DNA of 64,000 nt from an uncultured Gemmatimonadales bacterium (GTDB taxonomy: Bacteria; Gemmatimonadota; Gemmatimonadetes; Longimicrobiales; RSA9). The position numbers and the translations under genes are program-made. The DNA is taken from positions 352,001-416,000 of the forward strand of contig CAWCUS010000004.1 of NCBI GenBank assembly GCA_963798845.1, written 5' to 3'. Positions 39,352-49,921 of the stretch are shown here, one piece after another. Within the stretch, counting starts at the first letter, position 1. Every line of letters begins with the position of its first letter. The notes beneath the pieces are model-generated. The model saw nothing but the letters and a program-made list of their open reading frames with translations, did not search any database and was not told where the DNA came from.

Positions 39352-40956
39352 ATGGCACCGAACGCTCACGTGGCGAGCGCCGCCGAGCAAAAACACCCGC
39401 GCGGCCTGTACGTGCTCTTCGGCACCGAGATGTGGGAGCGCTTCGGCTTCTACACGGTCAATGGCATGCTCGCCCTGTACGTGCGGGATGCCACGCAGGG
39501 CTTCGGCTTCAGCAACGCGCAGGCTGCCGTCCTGAGCTCATGGTACCTGGGCTTTGTCTACTTCAGCCCGCTCCTCGGCGGCTTCCTGGCGGACCGGATC
39601 CTGGGCTTCCGGCGCGCCATCATGCTGGGCGCGCTGTTCTTCGTGGCCGGCTACTCGCTCCTGGCCGTCCCCCACAGCCTGCCGCTCTTCTACACCGCGC
39701 TGGGGCTGCTCGTGATCGGCAACGGGCTGTTCAAGCCGAACGTGTCGTCCATGGTCGGCAACCTCTATCCCGAAGGGAGCCGGCTCAAGGACAAGGCGTA
39801 CCTGATCTTCTACATGGGGATCAACATCGGCGCCTTCATCGCCCCGGTCCTGGCCGAGATCATCCAGCCCCGCTTCGGCTTCAACATCGCGTTCGCCATG
39901 GGCGCCGTCGGAATGCTCATCGGCCTGACCCTCTTCGCGTCCAACCAGCGCTACGTCCGTGATGCCGATACACCGCGGGACCGGGCGGCCGGCGCCGCCG
40001 CGCGCGCGGACTTCGCCCGCACCGACGCCTCCACCGGGCATCAGCAGGCCGTGGCGACGACGGAGGACCTGCCCCCCGTCGTCAACGAGAGGGCGCAGGC
40101 GATGGACGCCGTTCCGGAATGGAAGCGGATCGTCGCGCTGCTGGTGATCTTCGCCATCGTGATCGTGTTCTGGATGATCTTCCACCAGAACAGCATCACG
40201 CTCACGTTCTGGGCGAACGACCACACGGACTGGAACGTCACCGGGATCCTGTCCAACGCCATCAACCCGATGTGGATCATTCTCCTCTCCCTCCCGCTGG
40301 CCTCCTTCTGGGGATGGCTGGACCGGAAGGGTCTCGAGCCGTCCACGCCGGCGAAGATGATGGTCGGGATGCTGCTGACCGCCGCCTCCTTCACCATCCT
40401 CTTTTTCGCAGCCCGGGCGGGCGGCTTCGATCGACCGGTGTTCCGCGTGGCCCAGGTCACCGACGGCCAGGTGCTGGTCCACATCTCACCGGAAGCGCGC
40501 CGGCACCTGGCCATCGCGTCCGAGCCCGTCCTGCGGACGGACGACGGTCGCGAACTCTGGGTGGCGCGACTGCCGGCGGGAACTGACGTGCGCACCGGGC
40601 AGTTCGTGCGCATGGAGGCCGATGCCGGCGACGGCATCGAGGCCGCGGGCACCCGCCGCGTCTCGCCCTGGTGGCTGATCCTTGCCTACGGCGTCCTCTC
40701 GCTCGGCGAGCTGATGCTCAGCCCGATGGGGCTGGCCCTCGTCTCGAAGGTGGCGCCCATCCGCATGCGCGGCCTCATGATGGGCGGCTGGTTCGCCGCC
40801 ACCGCCATCGGTAACAAGCTGACCGCGATCGGTCGCTTCTGGGACCTCTGGAGCCACGCCGGCTTCTTCATCACCCTCGCCGCCATGGCCGCCGCCATGG
40901 CCGCGCTCCTGCTCCTCCTGCTCCGGCCTTTGAAGAAGGCGATGCCCGGCGTCTGA
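39352..40956 (+). CDS. POT/PTR family proton-dependent oligopeptide transporter
   Basis: HPRGL, EMWERFGFY (ExxERFxxY), GNGLFKPN, FYMGINIG, GELMLSPMG. Confidence 0.93.
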   Translation: MAPNAHVASAAEQKHPRGLYVLFGTEMWERFGFYTVNGMLALYVRDATQGFGFSNAQAAVLSSWYLGFVYFSPLLGGFLADRILGFRRAIMLGALFFVAGYSLLAVPHSLPLFYTALGLLVIGNGLFKPNVSSMVGNLYPEGSRLKDKAYLIFYMGINIGAFIAPVLAEIIQPRFGFNIAFAMGAVGMLIGLTLFASNQRYVRDADTPRDRAAGAAARADFARTDASTGHQQAVATTEDLPPVVNERAQAMDAVPEWKRIVALLVIFAIVIVFWMIFHQNSITLTFWANDHTDWNVTGILSNAINPMWIILLSLPLASFWGWLDRKGLEPSTPAKMMVGMLLTAASFTILFFAARAGGFDRPVFRVAQVTDGQVLVHISPEARRHLAIASEPVLRTDDGRELWVARLPAGTDVRTGQFVRMEADAGDGIEAAGTRRVSPWWLILAYGVLSLGELMLSPMGLALVSKVAPIRMRGLMMGGWFAATAIGNKLTAIGRFWDLWSHAGFFITLAAMAAAMAALLLLLLRPLKKAMPGV

Positions 40957-41095
40957 CCCGCCGCCTGCGGAGAATCGCCTGGATGAAGGCGTTCGCCGCT
41001 CGAGGCGCCGTGTTCCCTGGACCGTCGCCACCGCTGCCGGCCCGGTCCTGACACTGGCCCACCGAGTCTCCGCTCCCGCTCAGCCGGGCCCTGGC

Positions 41096-44000
41096 TCAGC
41101 GCTCGTCGAGCGTGCGGCCGGTGTTCAGGCTATCCCAGTTCAACAGCGTGTTGAACACCAGGAAGTAGGAGCCGATGGTCCCGCCCCTCCAGACCGGATT
41201 GTTGGCGAACATGACCACGTGCCCCTTCTGCACGGGGACGTCCACGACAACCGGCCGCTGCGCTATGTCGTTTCCGCCACCGCCCAGGAGGCCGGAGACG
41301 AGCAGCCCCCGACTGTCGCCGAAGCGGAGCACGACCCGGGGGCGCTGGTCGGGCGGGATGACGTTGAGGGGGTCGCGCATCATCTCGTCCGTGACCGGCG
41401 CTGGCTGCCAGGGCTCGACCTCGGGCGCCGGCGGGGCCTCGAACTTCGGGTCCAGCAGCGGCCGGCCCTGGGGCACGTCGGGCTCGTCCGCACGGCCCCG
41501 GCCTGTCGGCCGACCGCCGCTCCCGGGGCGTAAGCCGCGGAAGCCGCGGCCGCCGCGCGTGCTGCTGATGCTGAAGCTGGCCCCGTCGTCGCTGTAGATG
41601 GCGAGGCTGTCGGGAATGCCGTAGACGATGGGACTCTTCTGATCGACGATGCGGGAGCGCAGCAGACTGCCCACCACTCGGCTGCTCGGGTCGTTCGTGC
41701 TCACGCCGCTGGTGAGCCCGTAGTCCACGGCGAAGTTGGAGGTGTTCGTGCTGGTGATCAGCACGCCGCCGCGCTCGACGAAGCGCTGGAGGTTGGCCAG
41801 CCCGCTCCAGCCGAGGCCGGGGCGGACGTCCGCGGTCTCATCGATCCTGCCGATGTTCGGTGTCTCCGCGGTGTGCTGCCACGGCATCGGGTTCCGCCAC
41901 ATGGGCATCCCCTCGATGATCGACTGTCCGCTCCCTCCCGCCGGGGGGAAGATGATGACGTCGTACTTCCCGTTCAGGTTCGGCTCCTTCGCCACGTCCT
42001 GGACGGAGATGTAGGTGTAGGGCAGGTCCAGCTTGTCGAAGGCCATGCGCCACCAGCCCTCGGTCTGCGTGCTGGTCCAGGTGTGCAGGATCGCCGCGCG
42101 CGCTGCCCGGAGCGGGTGCATCGCGACGTCGGGCGCGGTCGAAACCGCGTAGCTCTTCAATCCCAGCTCTTTCGTCGCCGCCTCGAAGTCGGCGCGGGAG
42201 ACGCCGCGGACCACGAAGCTGCCGCGGTCGAAATGGGTGCCGGCGGCGTCGAACGGCTCTTCCGCGGCGCGGAAGTCGGCCCTCGCGAAGCGGTAGCGGA
42301 GCGTGGCGAGGGCGTTGTCGCCGTCGTGATCGATCAGGAACACGTCGCCGCTTCCCTGGATACCTCCGGCGGGAGTGAGGGAACCGCCGACCGCCACCAT
42401 GGGCGCATCCAGCACGCCGGCGTCCACCACGCGGACCGCCTTCACGCCGAATCCCTCCGGGAAGGTCCAGCCGGTGTCATCGTAGGGGCGCTGCTGCTCG
42501 TCGTTCGGGGACCAGTACTGGTAGTCGAGAAGCGCGTCCGCGATGCGCGAATACGGCTGGTCCATGCGGATGACGTAGCTGCCCGCCGGAAACGTGCGCT
42601 GCTCGGAGCCCTGGTTCCCGGCGTGCGCGGCGACGGTGTCCGCGCCGGTGGCGACGCTGTCCGCGCCGGTGGCGACGCTGTCCGCGCCGGTGGCGACGCT
42701 GTCCGCGCCGGTGGCGACGCTGCCGCGCGGCGGCGACGCTGTCCGCGTCGGCGGGGCCCCGTCCGCCGCGGGGCTCGCGGGCGGCTTGTTCGGCGGGCAT
42801 CTGCACGGTGAACGGCGCGGTGGCGCGGGAGATCTCGACGTGCTGGAGCCGGAGCAGGCGGAGCAGGTCCGCCTGAGCGCCGGGGCGGGGCTCATCGGCC
42901 GGCAGGACGTACGCAGCCGGACCTTCGGTGTGCGCCTTCAGGACGGAGCGCTTGCTCTTCTCGTAGAAGTTCTGCAGGAAGAGCTTGCGGTTCTGCGCCA
43001 CGTAGCTGAGCGAGACGAGCAGCCCCGTCTGCTCGTAGTTGTTGTTGTTCCGCAGCGACCACATCACGCGCGGGAGCGGTGGATTCTGCTTGTACCAGGT
43101 GCGCGCGGTCTCGTTCGGCGAAAGGGTCCGCTCGACGGTTTCCGCCGTGCCGCCGTTGCCGAAAGTCTCGTACAGGCGGCTGATGCCGTTGTGCGTGGCC
43201 GCCATGAACATGAGATAGCCGGGCGACCAGGTGTCGAAGGTGCCGAACGCGAACACGCCGGGCATGCCGAAGCGGGTCATCTCCTGGACGTTGTTCCACC
43301 CGATCATCTGCCACTCGTTGGTGAGCAGCGGGTCGAGCCAGGCGTTGTAGGGGCCGTCGCCGATCGTGTTGTCGTAGAGGTAGGCCACGGACTCGTGCAG
43401 GTCGTGCAGCACCTGCGCGTTCCAGTCCAGGTACGCGTCCAGGACGTTCTGCGAGAGCTTGAGCGACAGCCCCATCGCATCCCGGTTGTTGTCGTGCCGC
43501 ACGTAATGGCCCCAGTAGATCACGCCAGGGGCCGTCTCGCCCGGATGCCGCTTGTGCCACTCGTAGACGTCCACCATCCGGTCCCGTCCATCCGCCTCCA
43601 CCACGGGAGTGATGAGCGTGATGACGTGATCGCGGATGTTCCTGATGTACGGGCTCTCGTCCACCGCCAGGCGGTAGGCCAGCTCCATGAGGGCCGTGGG
43701 CGCGCCCGCCTCGGTGGAGTGGATCGCCCCCGTGATGTAGTAGACCGGCGCAGCGCGGCCGGCGATCTCGGCCGCCTCGGCGTCGTTCATCCCGATGGTC
43801 CGTGGATCCGCCAGCCTGGCGAGATCGGCCCGGTTCTCGTCCAGGCGGCTCATCAGCGACTCCGACGCCACGGCCACCGCGATCATCTCCCGACCCTCCT
43901 CCGTCGTGCCGATGGAGTAGACCTTCACGCGCGGGCTCGCCTTTTCCAGCATGCGCATGTACTCGTACACCTCCTTCGAGTACGGCAGCTTCCCGGGCGC

Positions 44001-44276
44001 GCCCGCGACGTCGCCCAGCTCCTTCGCCGGCGTCGGCACGGTGGCGGACGCGGGCAGGTAGTCCACGAGCGGGGACAGGAAGAAGGGCTCCGTCGTATAC
44101 TCCCGGATCTTCCGGGTGTAGGCCGAGTCGATCGCCTGCGACGGGTCCCGCCCCGGCTGCGTCGCCGACGGGGCCGGCTCGCCGGGAGAAGGCCGCTGCG
44201 CGGCGGCACGGGACGGCGGGACGGCGGCGAGAGCGACGACGACGGCGAGGAAGAAGCCGGACGTGCGACGGCGCAT
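41096..44276 (-). pseudogene. M14 family zinc carboxypeptidase-like exported protein, frameshifted at about 42721-42739
   Basis: Signal peptide, HSTE, DNNRD, DLHE zinc motifs in the 5' ORF; the C-terminal part (FPAGSYVIRMDQP..GWT) continues in another frame after the tandem repeat. Confidence 0.85.
42637..42747. repeat. 21-bp tandem repeat (4 perfect copies, one 19-bp copy, one partial) encoding ADSVATG
   Basis: TGTCCGCGCCGGTGGCGACGC x4 at 42637-42720; TGCCGCGCGGCGGCGACGC at 42721-42739. Confidence 0.95.
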
Positions 44277-44552
44277 GATCGAACTCCACGATGATGTTGT
44301 GACAGGAGGCTCCGGCCGGCTGCCGGCCGGGGGATAGTGGGAAGCGTGCGTCGGGCGCACAAGCTTCAGCGGTCGGAGCTCGCCTCGACGCGGGAACGCA
44401 CCGGTGCCGGACACGGGCCGCGGCCGTGACATCGCCGGCAGGTCGCGCACCATCGAAACCGCGGACCACCATCCGGACGTAAGGGTCATCGAAACGGTCG
44501 AGCCGGACTCTCCGGCGGAGGTCCGCCGGAATCCCCCCACCCCAGCGATCCA

Positions 44553-47012
44553 ATGGCAGACTCACCGTCCCGCTTGCGGGAGATCGGGCGCGATCTCCGC
44601 TACGCCTTCCGCGGCTTCCGGAACGCCCCCGGCTTCACCCTCGTGGCCGTGCTCACGCTCGCCCTGGGGATCGGGGCCAACGCCGCGATCTTCAGCGTGG
44701 TCAACGGCGTGCTGCTGAAGCCGCTTCCCTACGCGGCCCCGGACCGGCTCGTGTTCCTCTACACCCAGTTTCCGACGCTCGGGTTCGAAAAGTTCTGGGT
44801 CTCGCCGCCGGAATATCGGGGGCTGCAGGAGCGGACCGGCTCGTTCTCGGCGATCGGCGCCTGGCGCACGGGCGCGGTGAACGTCGCGAGCGAGACGGAG
44901 CCGGTGCGGGTGCCGTCGGCTGTCGCGACCGCGGAGCTGTTCGACGCGCTGGGCGTCGCCCCGGAGCTGGGCCGCGCCTTCACCCGCGACGAGGACGTCG
45001 CGAACGAGCCAGTGGTGGTCCTCTCCCACGGGCTCTGGCAGAGCGCGTTCGGCGCTGACCCGGGGATCGTCGGGAGAGAGGTGGAGGTGGACGGGCGGCC
45101 GCGGACCGTGGTCGGCGTGATGCCGCGGGCCTTCGACGTGGAGGATGCCGGGATCGACGTCTGGGTGCCGGCGGGGATCCCCGAAAGCCCGACCAACTGG
45201 GGCTCCCATTACCTGAACCTGGTGGGGCGGCTGCGAAGCGGCGTCACGGTGGACCAGGCCGGCTCGGATCTGGCGGCGGTGGTGGAGCGCTGGCCGGAGA
45301 CCGCGGAGGATCACCACTCTCCCAGTCCCGAGCGGCACCCCGTGCTGATGCGATCGCTCGCCGAGGAGGAGGTGGGCGGCGTGCGCACCGCGCTCTTCCT
45401 GCTGCTGGGGGCCGTCGGCTTCGTCCTGCTCATCGCGTGCGCGAACGTCGCCAACCTGCTGCTCGCGCGCTCCGAAGGCCGCCAGCGGGAAGTGGCTGTG
45501 CGGTCGGCCATGGGTGCGGGGCGCGGTCGGCTCGTCCGGCAGTTCATGACCGAGAGCCTCGCGCTCGGTCTGGCGGGCGGCGCGCTCGGGCTGCTGGTCG
45601 GCTGGGGGGGCCTGCGCACCCTGCTCGCCGCCGCGCCCGACTCGCTGCCCCGCCTGGGCTCCATCGGCATGGACGGCTCGGTGATCGCCTTCACGCTCGC
45701 AGCCTCGATCCTGACCGGCCTCGTCTTCGGCTTCGCCCCGCTCCTCCACCTCTCCCACGGGATCATGGGCTCGGCGCTGAAGGAGGGCGGGCTGCGGAGC
45801 ACGGCGACCGGGTCGCGCATGCGGCTGCGTCGCCTCCTCGTGGTCTCGGAGGTGGCGCTGGCCGTGGTGCTCGTCGTCGGATCGGGACTCATGCTGCGGA
45901 GCCTCGCGGCGCTCCAGGAGGTGGATCCCGGCTTCGACCCGGACGGCCTGCTCACCTTCCAGCTCTACCTCCCCGCGGGCCGGTACGAGGACGCGGGCGC
46001 GACAGCGGCGTTCACGCGCGACCTGATCACCCGTCTGAAGGCGCTCCCGGGGGTGACCAGCGCCGCCGCCATGAGCGGACTGCCGCCGCTCCGGGAGGTG
46101 AACGCCAACGACACGGACTTCGAGGACTACGTGCCCGGCGGCCCGGGAGACCCGGTGGAGAACGTGGACTACTATCAGCAGGTCCACGGCGACTACTTCG
46201 CGACCATGGGCATCCCCATCGTTTCCGGCCGCGCGTTCCAGCCGGGCGACGAGGACCCCGCGATCCCCGTGGCGATCGTCAACGAGCGGCTCGCCCGAAC
46301 CTTCTTCCACGACATGGACCCGCTCGGCCGCCGCGTCCAGCCGGCGGGCGCGCCCGTCTGGCTGACCATCGTCGGCGTGGCCGCCGACGTGAAGCAGGGA
46401 GGTCTCGAGGCTCCCGTGGGAACGGAGCTGTACTTCTACAACCCGCAGGTCGCAGCGTTCGGAATCCCGCAGCGGAGCATGAACTTCGTGGTCCGGACCG
46501 AGCGGTCTCCCCTGTCGCTGGCCGGTGAAGTGCGTGGCGCGGTCCGGGAGATGGATCGCGGACTGCCCATCGCCAGCCTCCAGACCATGGACCAGAACAT
46601 GGCGGGCGCAATCACCCGGCCCCGATTCATCGCCATGCTCCTGACCGTGTTCGCCGCGCTCGCCCTCGTCCTCGCGGCCATCGGCACCTACGGCGTCATG
46701 GCCTACTCGGTCGCGGAGCGGAGCCACGAGATCGGCATCCGCATGGCCATGGGCGCACAGGCCGGCCGCGTCCTGCGCATGATTCTCGCCGCCGGCCTCT
46801 CCACCGCAGCCATCGGCGTGGCCCTCGGCGTCGCCGCCGCCCTCGCCGTCACGCGGCTCATGGCGTCGCTCCTCTTCGGCGTCGCCGCGACCGACATCGC
46901 CACCTTCCTGGTCGCGCCGGCGGTGCTGCTGGGCGTCGCCGCCGCCGCTTCGCTCCTCCCCGCTCGCCACGCCACGCGGCTCGACCCCGCGGCGGTGCTG
47001 CGCGAGGAGTAG
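44553..47012 (+). CDS. ADOP-type duplicated MacB/FtsX ABC permease
   Basis: DLRYAFR..PGFT.VAVLTLALGIGANAAIFS, LLIACANVANLLL, REVAVR.AMGA, EIGIRMAMGA. Confidence 0.93.
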   Translation: MADSPSRLREIGRDLRYAFRGFRNAPGFTLVAVLTLALGIGANAAIFSVVNGVLLKPLPYAAPDRLVFLYTQFPTLGFEKFWVSPPEYRGLQERTGSFSAIGAWRTGAVNVASETEPVRVPSAVATAELFDALGVAPELGRAFTRDEDVANEPVVVLSHGLWQSAFGADPGIVGREVEVDGRPRTVVGVMPRAFDVEDAGIDVWVPAGIPESPTNWGSHYLNLVGRLRSGVTVDQAGSDLAAVVERWPETAEDHHSPSPERHPVLMRSLAEEEVGGVRTALFLLLGAVGFVLLIACANVANLLLARSEGRQREVAVRSAMGAGRGRLVRQFMTESLALGLAGGALGLLVGWGGLRTLLAAAPDSLPRLGSIGMDGSVIAFTLAASILTGLVFGFAPLLHLSHGIMGSALKEGGLRSTATGSRMRLRRLLVVSEVALAVVLVVGSGLMLRSLAALQEVDPGFDPDGLLTFQLYLPAGRYEDAGATAAFTRDLITRLKALPGVTSAAAMSGLPPLREVNANDTDFEDYVPGGPGDPVENVDYYQQVHGDYFATMGIPIVSGRAFQPGDEDPAIPVAIVNERLARTFFHDMDPLGRRVQPAGAPVWLTIVGVAADVKQGGLEAPVGTELYFYNPQVAAFGIPQRSMNFVVRTERSPLSLAGEVRGAVREMDRGLPIASLQTMDQNMAGAITRPRFIAMLLTVFAALALVLAAIGTYGVMAYSVAERSHEIGIRMAMGAQAGRVLRMILAAGLSTAAIGVALGVAAALAVTRLMASLLFGVAATDIATFLVAPAVLLGVAAAASLLPARHATRLDPAAVLREE

Positions 47013-47052
47013 CGCCCGGACCGGCGCGGACCGGCCGCGCCGCCGACCGCGC

Positions 47053-48015
47053 TCATGCGTCTGACGACGTTCGGTCCGCGTCCGCCAGTCGCTCGCCTTC
47101 CGTTCGTTCCTCGGCCATGGCGGAGGCGAGCTCGCGCCGGGCCGCCTCCGTTATGGCCACGACGGCCGGGTGCTTCAGGCGGCGGTCCACCGTGATGGCG
47201 TAGAACTGCTCGCGGATCCCGATCGCACGGCCGACCTGTTCGACAGCGAAGCGGACCCGCAGGTCCTCCGCGATGATCGCAGGCGCTGCGAACATCCCGG
47301 CCCCCGCCTCCGCCAGCACGTGGATCAGGTCGATGTCCTCGACCTCCGCCACGATGCGCGGCTGGATGCCGTTGCGGGCGAACCAGTCCTCGATCGAACG
47401 TCGGAGCGCGTAGCCCTCGCCCGGCAGCAGGAAGGGCTGCCCGTCCAGGCTGCGAGGGAAGCCGTCCCGAGCGGCGTGCGCAAGGAGCGGAGGCCCGAAG
47501 ATATCGATCGGACTCGATCCCAGCGGGTGGTTGAACGCCTGCACGCTCACGTTCTGAGGGATCGGCATGTCCGCCAGCACCAGGTCCACCTCGTGCGTCG
47601 ACAGCGCTGCCATCAATCGCTCCGTCGCGTTCTCCCGGACCACCAGCCGCACGGGCCCCTCCACCGTGAAGGCCGGGTTGAGCAAATGGAAGGCGACCAG
47701 GTTCGGAACCGTCGCCGCCAGCCCCACCACCAGACGCACCGGCCGCCCCCCCACCCGCCCCCGAACCGTCTCTTCCAGCTCCCGCATCAGACGGTAGATC
47801 TCGTCCGCGTAGTCCAGCACCACCTTCCCCTCCGGCGTCAGCTCCATCGTCCGGCCGCTTCGATCGAACAGCCGATGGCCCAGCGCCTTCTCCAGCTTCT
47901 GGATCTGCACGCTGATGGACGGCTGGCTCACGTGCAGCGCCGCTGCCGCCGCCGTCACGCCGCCCTCGCGGGCCACGGTCCGGAAGTAGTGCAACCGTCG
48001 AAAGCTCAGAGTCAT
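47053..48015 (-). CDS. LysR family transcriptional regulator, NhaR-like
   Basis: LHYFRTVAREGGVTAAA..LHVSQPSIS.QI..LE..LG..LF.R; start may instead be 48051. Confidence 0.92.
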   Translation of the reverse strand: MTLSFRRLHYFRTVAREGGVTAAAAALHVSQPSISVQIQKLEKALGHRLFDRSGRTMELTPEGKVVLDYADEIYRLMRELEETVRGRVGGRPVRLVVGLAATVPNLVAFHLLNPAFTVEGPVRLVVRENATERLMAALSTHEVDLVLADMPIPQNVSVQAFNHPLGSSPIDIFGPPLLAHAARDGFPRSLDGQPFLLPGEGYALRRSIEDWFARNGIQPRIVAEVEDIDLIHVLAEAGAGMFAAPAIIAEDLRVRFAVEQVGRAIGIREQFYAITVDRRLKHPAVVAITEAARRELASAMAEERTEGERLADADRTSSDA

Positions 48016-48064
48016 CCGCTCCCTCTCCAGGCCCGGTGTCCGGTCTACCATCGCGTCCGGGCAG

Positions 48065-48083
48065 GCATAGCTTCATCCTATGC
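48065..48083. promoter_or_regulatory. LysR-type operator (T-N11-A palindrome)
   Basis: GCATAG-N7-CTATGC in the divergent intergenic region, next to AT-rich TAAATATATATTT. Confidence 0.7.
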
Positions 48084-48168
48084 AACCCAGCGTAAATATA
48101 TATTTCACAACATGGCCTGGCCATGCGAGATTCGGTGCACGGCGGATCCCATCGAAAGGAGCGTGCGA

Positions 48169-48843
48169 ATGGCCATGACCATCATTCACCAGCCGCAGAG
48201 CCGGGCGAACGTATTGCGGGAGATGCTGCGCTGGGACCCGGCGGTGAAGCGAGCGGGGCTCCGGTTCGGGGAGGTGCAGGGGAGCGAGGACCGGCTCGAG
48301 CTGATCGTGCGGAGCGGTGCCCGGACGGTTCGGCTCGGGCGCGGCCGGGAATGGCGGGCTGTGCCGCTGGAGCGGCTGAAGCAGAGCTTGAGGGCGCAGC
48401 TCCTGTCTCACGCAGGCAGCGGTGGCGCCGGCGGCAACGCGGCGGGGCGTGTGTGGAGGGTCGGCGCGCGGCACCACCCGGGGTCGGATCCGTGTGGGCC
48501 ACGGTGGCGGAGCAGGAGCCCGGGCACGAGGGGGCTGAGGCTGCTGCCGGTCGGGGCCGGGCGGGCGGGGGTGCGGGCGAGCAGGCGACCGCGGGCGCCG
48601 CCTCGTTCCGGATCGGGGACGGGATGGCGGAATCCCCGCAGACCGGGAGGGTCTGCGGGGATTCCGGTGAAGGAGGTCAGCCGATCGAGTCCGGCACCGC
48701 GCCCACCTGGACGGGCCGGGAAGGCTCTTCCAGCGCCTCCTGCCAGCCGGTCACGTCATCGGCGAACGAGCGTGCCAGGGAAGCCAGGTCGACGGGTGCG
48801 GCGTCACCGGGGATCCCGCGGGACTGCACGCGCTCGAGGCTGA
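48169..48843 (+). CDS. hypothetical protein divergent from LysR; only the first ~85 aa look protein-like and the 3' end is uncertain
   Basis: AAAGGAG RBS then ATG; the reading frame runs on into the convergent TPR gene. Confidence 0.4.
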   Translation: MAMTIIHQPQSRANVLREMLRWDPAVKRAGLRFGEVQGSEDRLELIVRSGARTVRLGRGREWRAVPLERLKQSLRAQLLSHAGSGGAGGNAAGRVWRVGARHHPGSDPCGPRWRSRSPGTRGLRLLPVGAGRAGVRASRRPRAPPRSGSGTGWRNPRRPGGSAGIPVKEVSRSSPAPRPPGRAGKALPAPPASRSRHRRTSVPGKPGRRVRRHRGSRGTARARG

Positions 48844-49681
48844 CCCGGGCCTTGTCGTACTCCGGGTCGGCGGCGAGCGCCGCGTCGAACGCCACGACCG
48901 CCTCGGCCGGGTGTCCCGCGCGCTCCAGCGCCAGCCCCAGGTTGTTCTGGAACATGGACACGTCCGGGCGAAGCTCGGTGGCGCGTGCCAGCGACGGGAG
49001 CGCTTCTTCGTAGCGTCCTTCGCGAATCATGAGCAGCCCGAGGTTGTTCATGGTCCACGCGTCGCGGTGGTCCATCGCCAGGGCGCGGCGGTACGCCGCC
49101 ACCGCGTCGTCCACCATCCCCAGCTCCGAGCGGGCGTTTCCCAGCACGCGCCACGCCTCCACCGACGCGGGATCCAGCGCGACCACGCGCTCCGCGTACT
49201 CAAGGGCGTCGGATGCGTTCCCCTCCTCCAGCAGCACCCTGGCGAGATTGATCAGCCCCTTCCGGTGGTCGGGGGCCACCTCGAGCGTCTGCCGCAGCGC
49301 CTCCTCCGCCCGGACGTGGTCACCGGCCTTCCACGCCGAAATCCCCAGCATGTACCGGCCCCATGGGTTGTCCGGCCGGCGATCCGCGTACGCCTCGAAC
49401 AGGTCGGCCGCCTCGCCGTAGTCGCCGGATCGGTAGACCCGGTCGGCTTCCTCGTACGACACCTTCGACACCGCTGCCGGGGCGCCCGCCTCGGGTCCAT
49501 CCACGGTGACCGGCGCATCCATGCCCGTCCGGGCGACCGAGCCCACCGCCGCCCGCGGCTGCCCGGGCACTTTCGTGTCGCTTCCCGCGGGCATGGGACC
49601 GGACTCGTCCCCGCAGGCCGCCAGGGTGACCACGATCAGACCGGCCGCCAGCCCGCCCATTCCGCCTCGATTCCACATCAT
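48677..49681 (-). CDS. TPR repeat lipoprotein
   Basis: LAA-C lipobox; consecutive TPRs (YMLGISAW, INLARVL, WRVLGNA, NNLGL x2); GGGAGG RBS. Confidence 0.9.
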   Translation of the reverse strand: MMWNRGGMGGLAAGLIVVTLAACGDESGPMPAGSDTKVPGQPRAAVGSVARTGMDAPVTVDGPEAGAPAAVSKVSYEEADRVYRSGDYGEAADLFEAYADRRPDNPWGRYMLGISAWKAGDHVRAEEALRQTLEVAPDHRKGLINLARVLLEEGNASDALEYAERVVALDPASVEAWRVLGNARSELGMVDDAVAAYRRALAMDHRDAWTMNNLGLLMIREGRYEEALPSLARATELRPDVSMFQNNLGLALERAGHPAEAVVAFDAALAADPEYDKARVSLERVQSRGIPGDAAPVDLASLARSFADDVTGWQEALEEPSRPVQVGAVPDSIG

Positions 49682-49744
49682 GGTGTCCTCCCTTCTCCGT
49701 GCGCCGCTCCCCGGCGCGGGGTCCTTCGCCTGGCGGTACAGGAG

Positions 49745-49760
49745 AGCAAGGTCGTGACCG
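49745..49760 (-). promoter_or_regulatory. candidate sigma54 -24/-12 promoter of the TPR lipoprotein gene
   Basis: CGGTCACGACCTTGCT (GG-N10-GC with TTGCT) on the minus strand. Confidence 0.55.
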
Positions 49761-49848
49761 CTTGTAGCACCATCTCATATGAACAGGTCTAACTACCACG
49801 AATACAACCACTTATCCAGTTCATGAACGGCGGCGTGTCCGGCGGAGT

Positions 49849-49898
49849 GTGTCGGTATGGACACGCCTGGCGGAGCGGGATTGTGTCCGGGTGGACAC
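49849..49898. promoter_or_regulatory. tandem palindromic enhancer (UAS) sites GTGTC-N6-GACAC
   Basis: GTGTCGGTATGGACAC 49849-49864 and GTGTCCGGGTGGACAC 49883-49898. Confidence 0.6.
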
Positions 49899-49921
49899 GG
49901 CGGCGGCGGGGTGGAGCGCGG

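Noticed and set aside
42637..42747. Tandem repeat considered as a CRISPR array
   Set aside because: No spacers, lies within coding sequence with a 21-bp (7-codon) unit, and no cas genes.
44553..47012. Permease lacking an adjacent ATPase as a novelty
   Set aside because: Orphan duplicated permeases of this type are common in such lineages.
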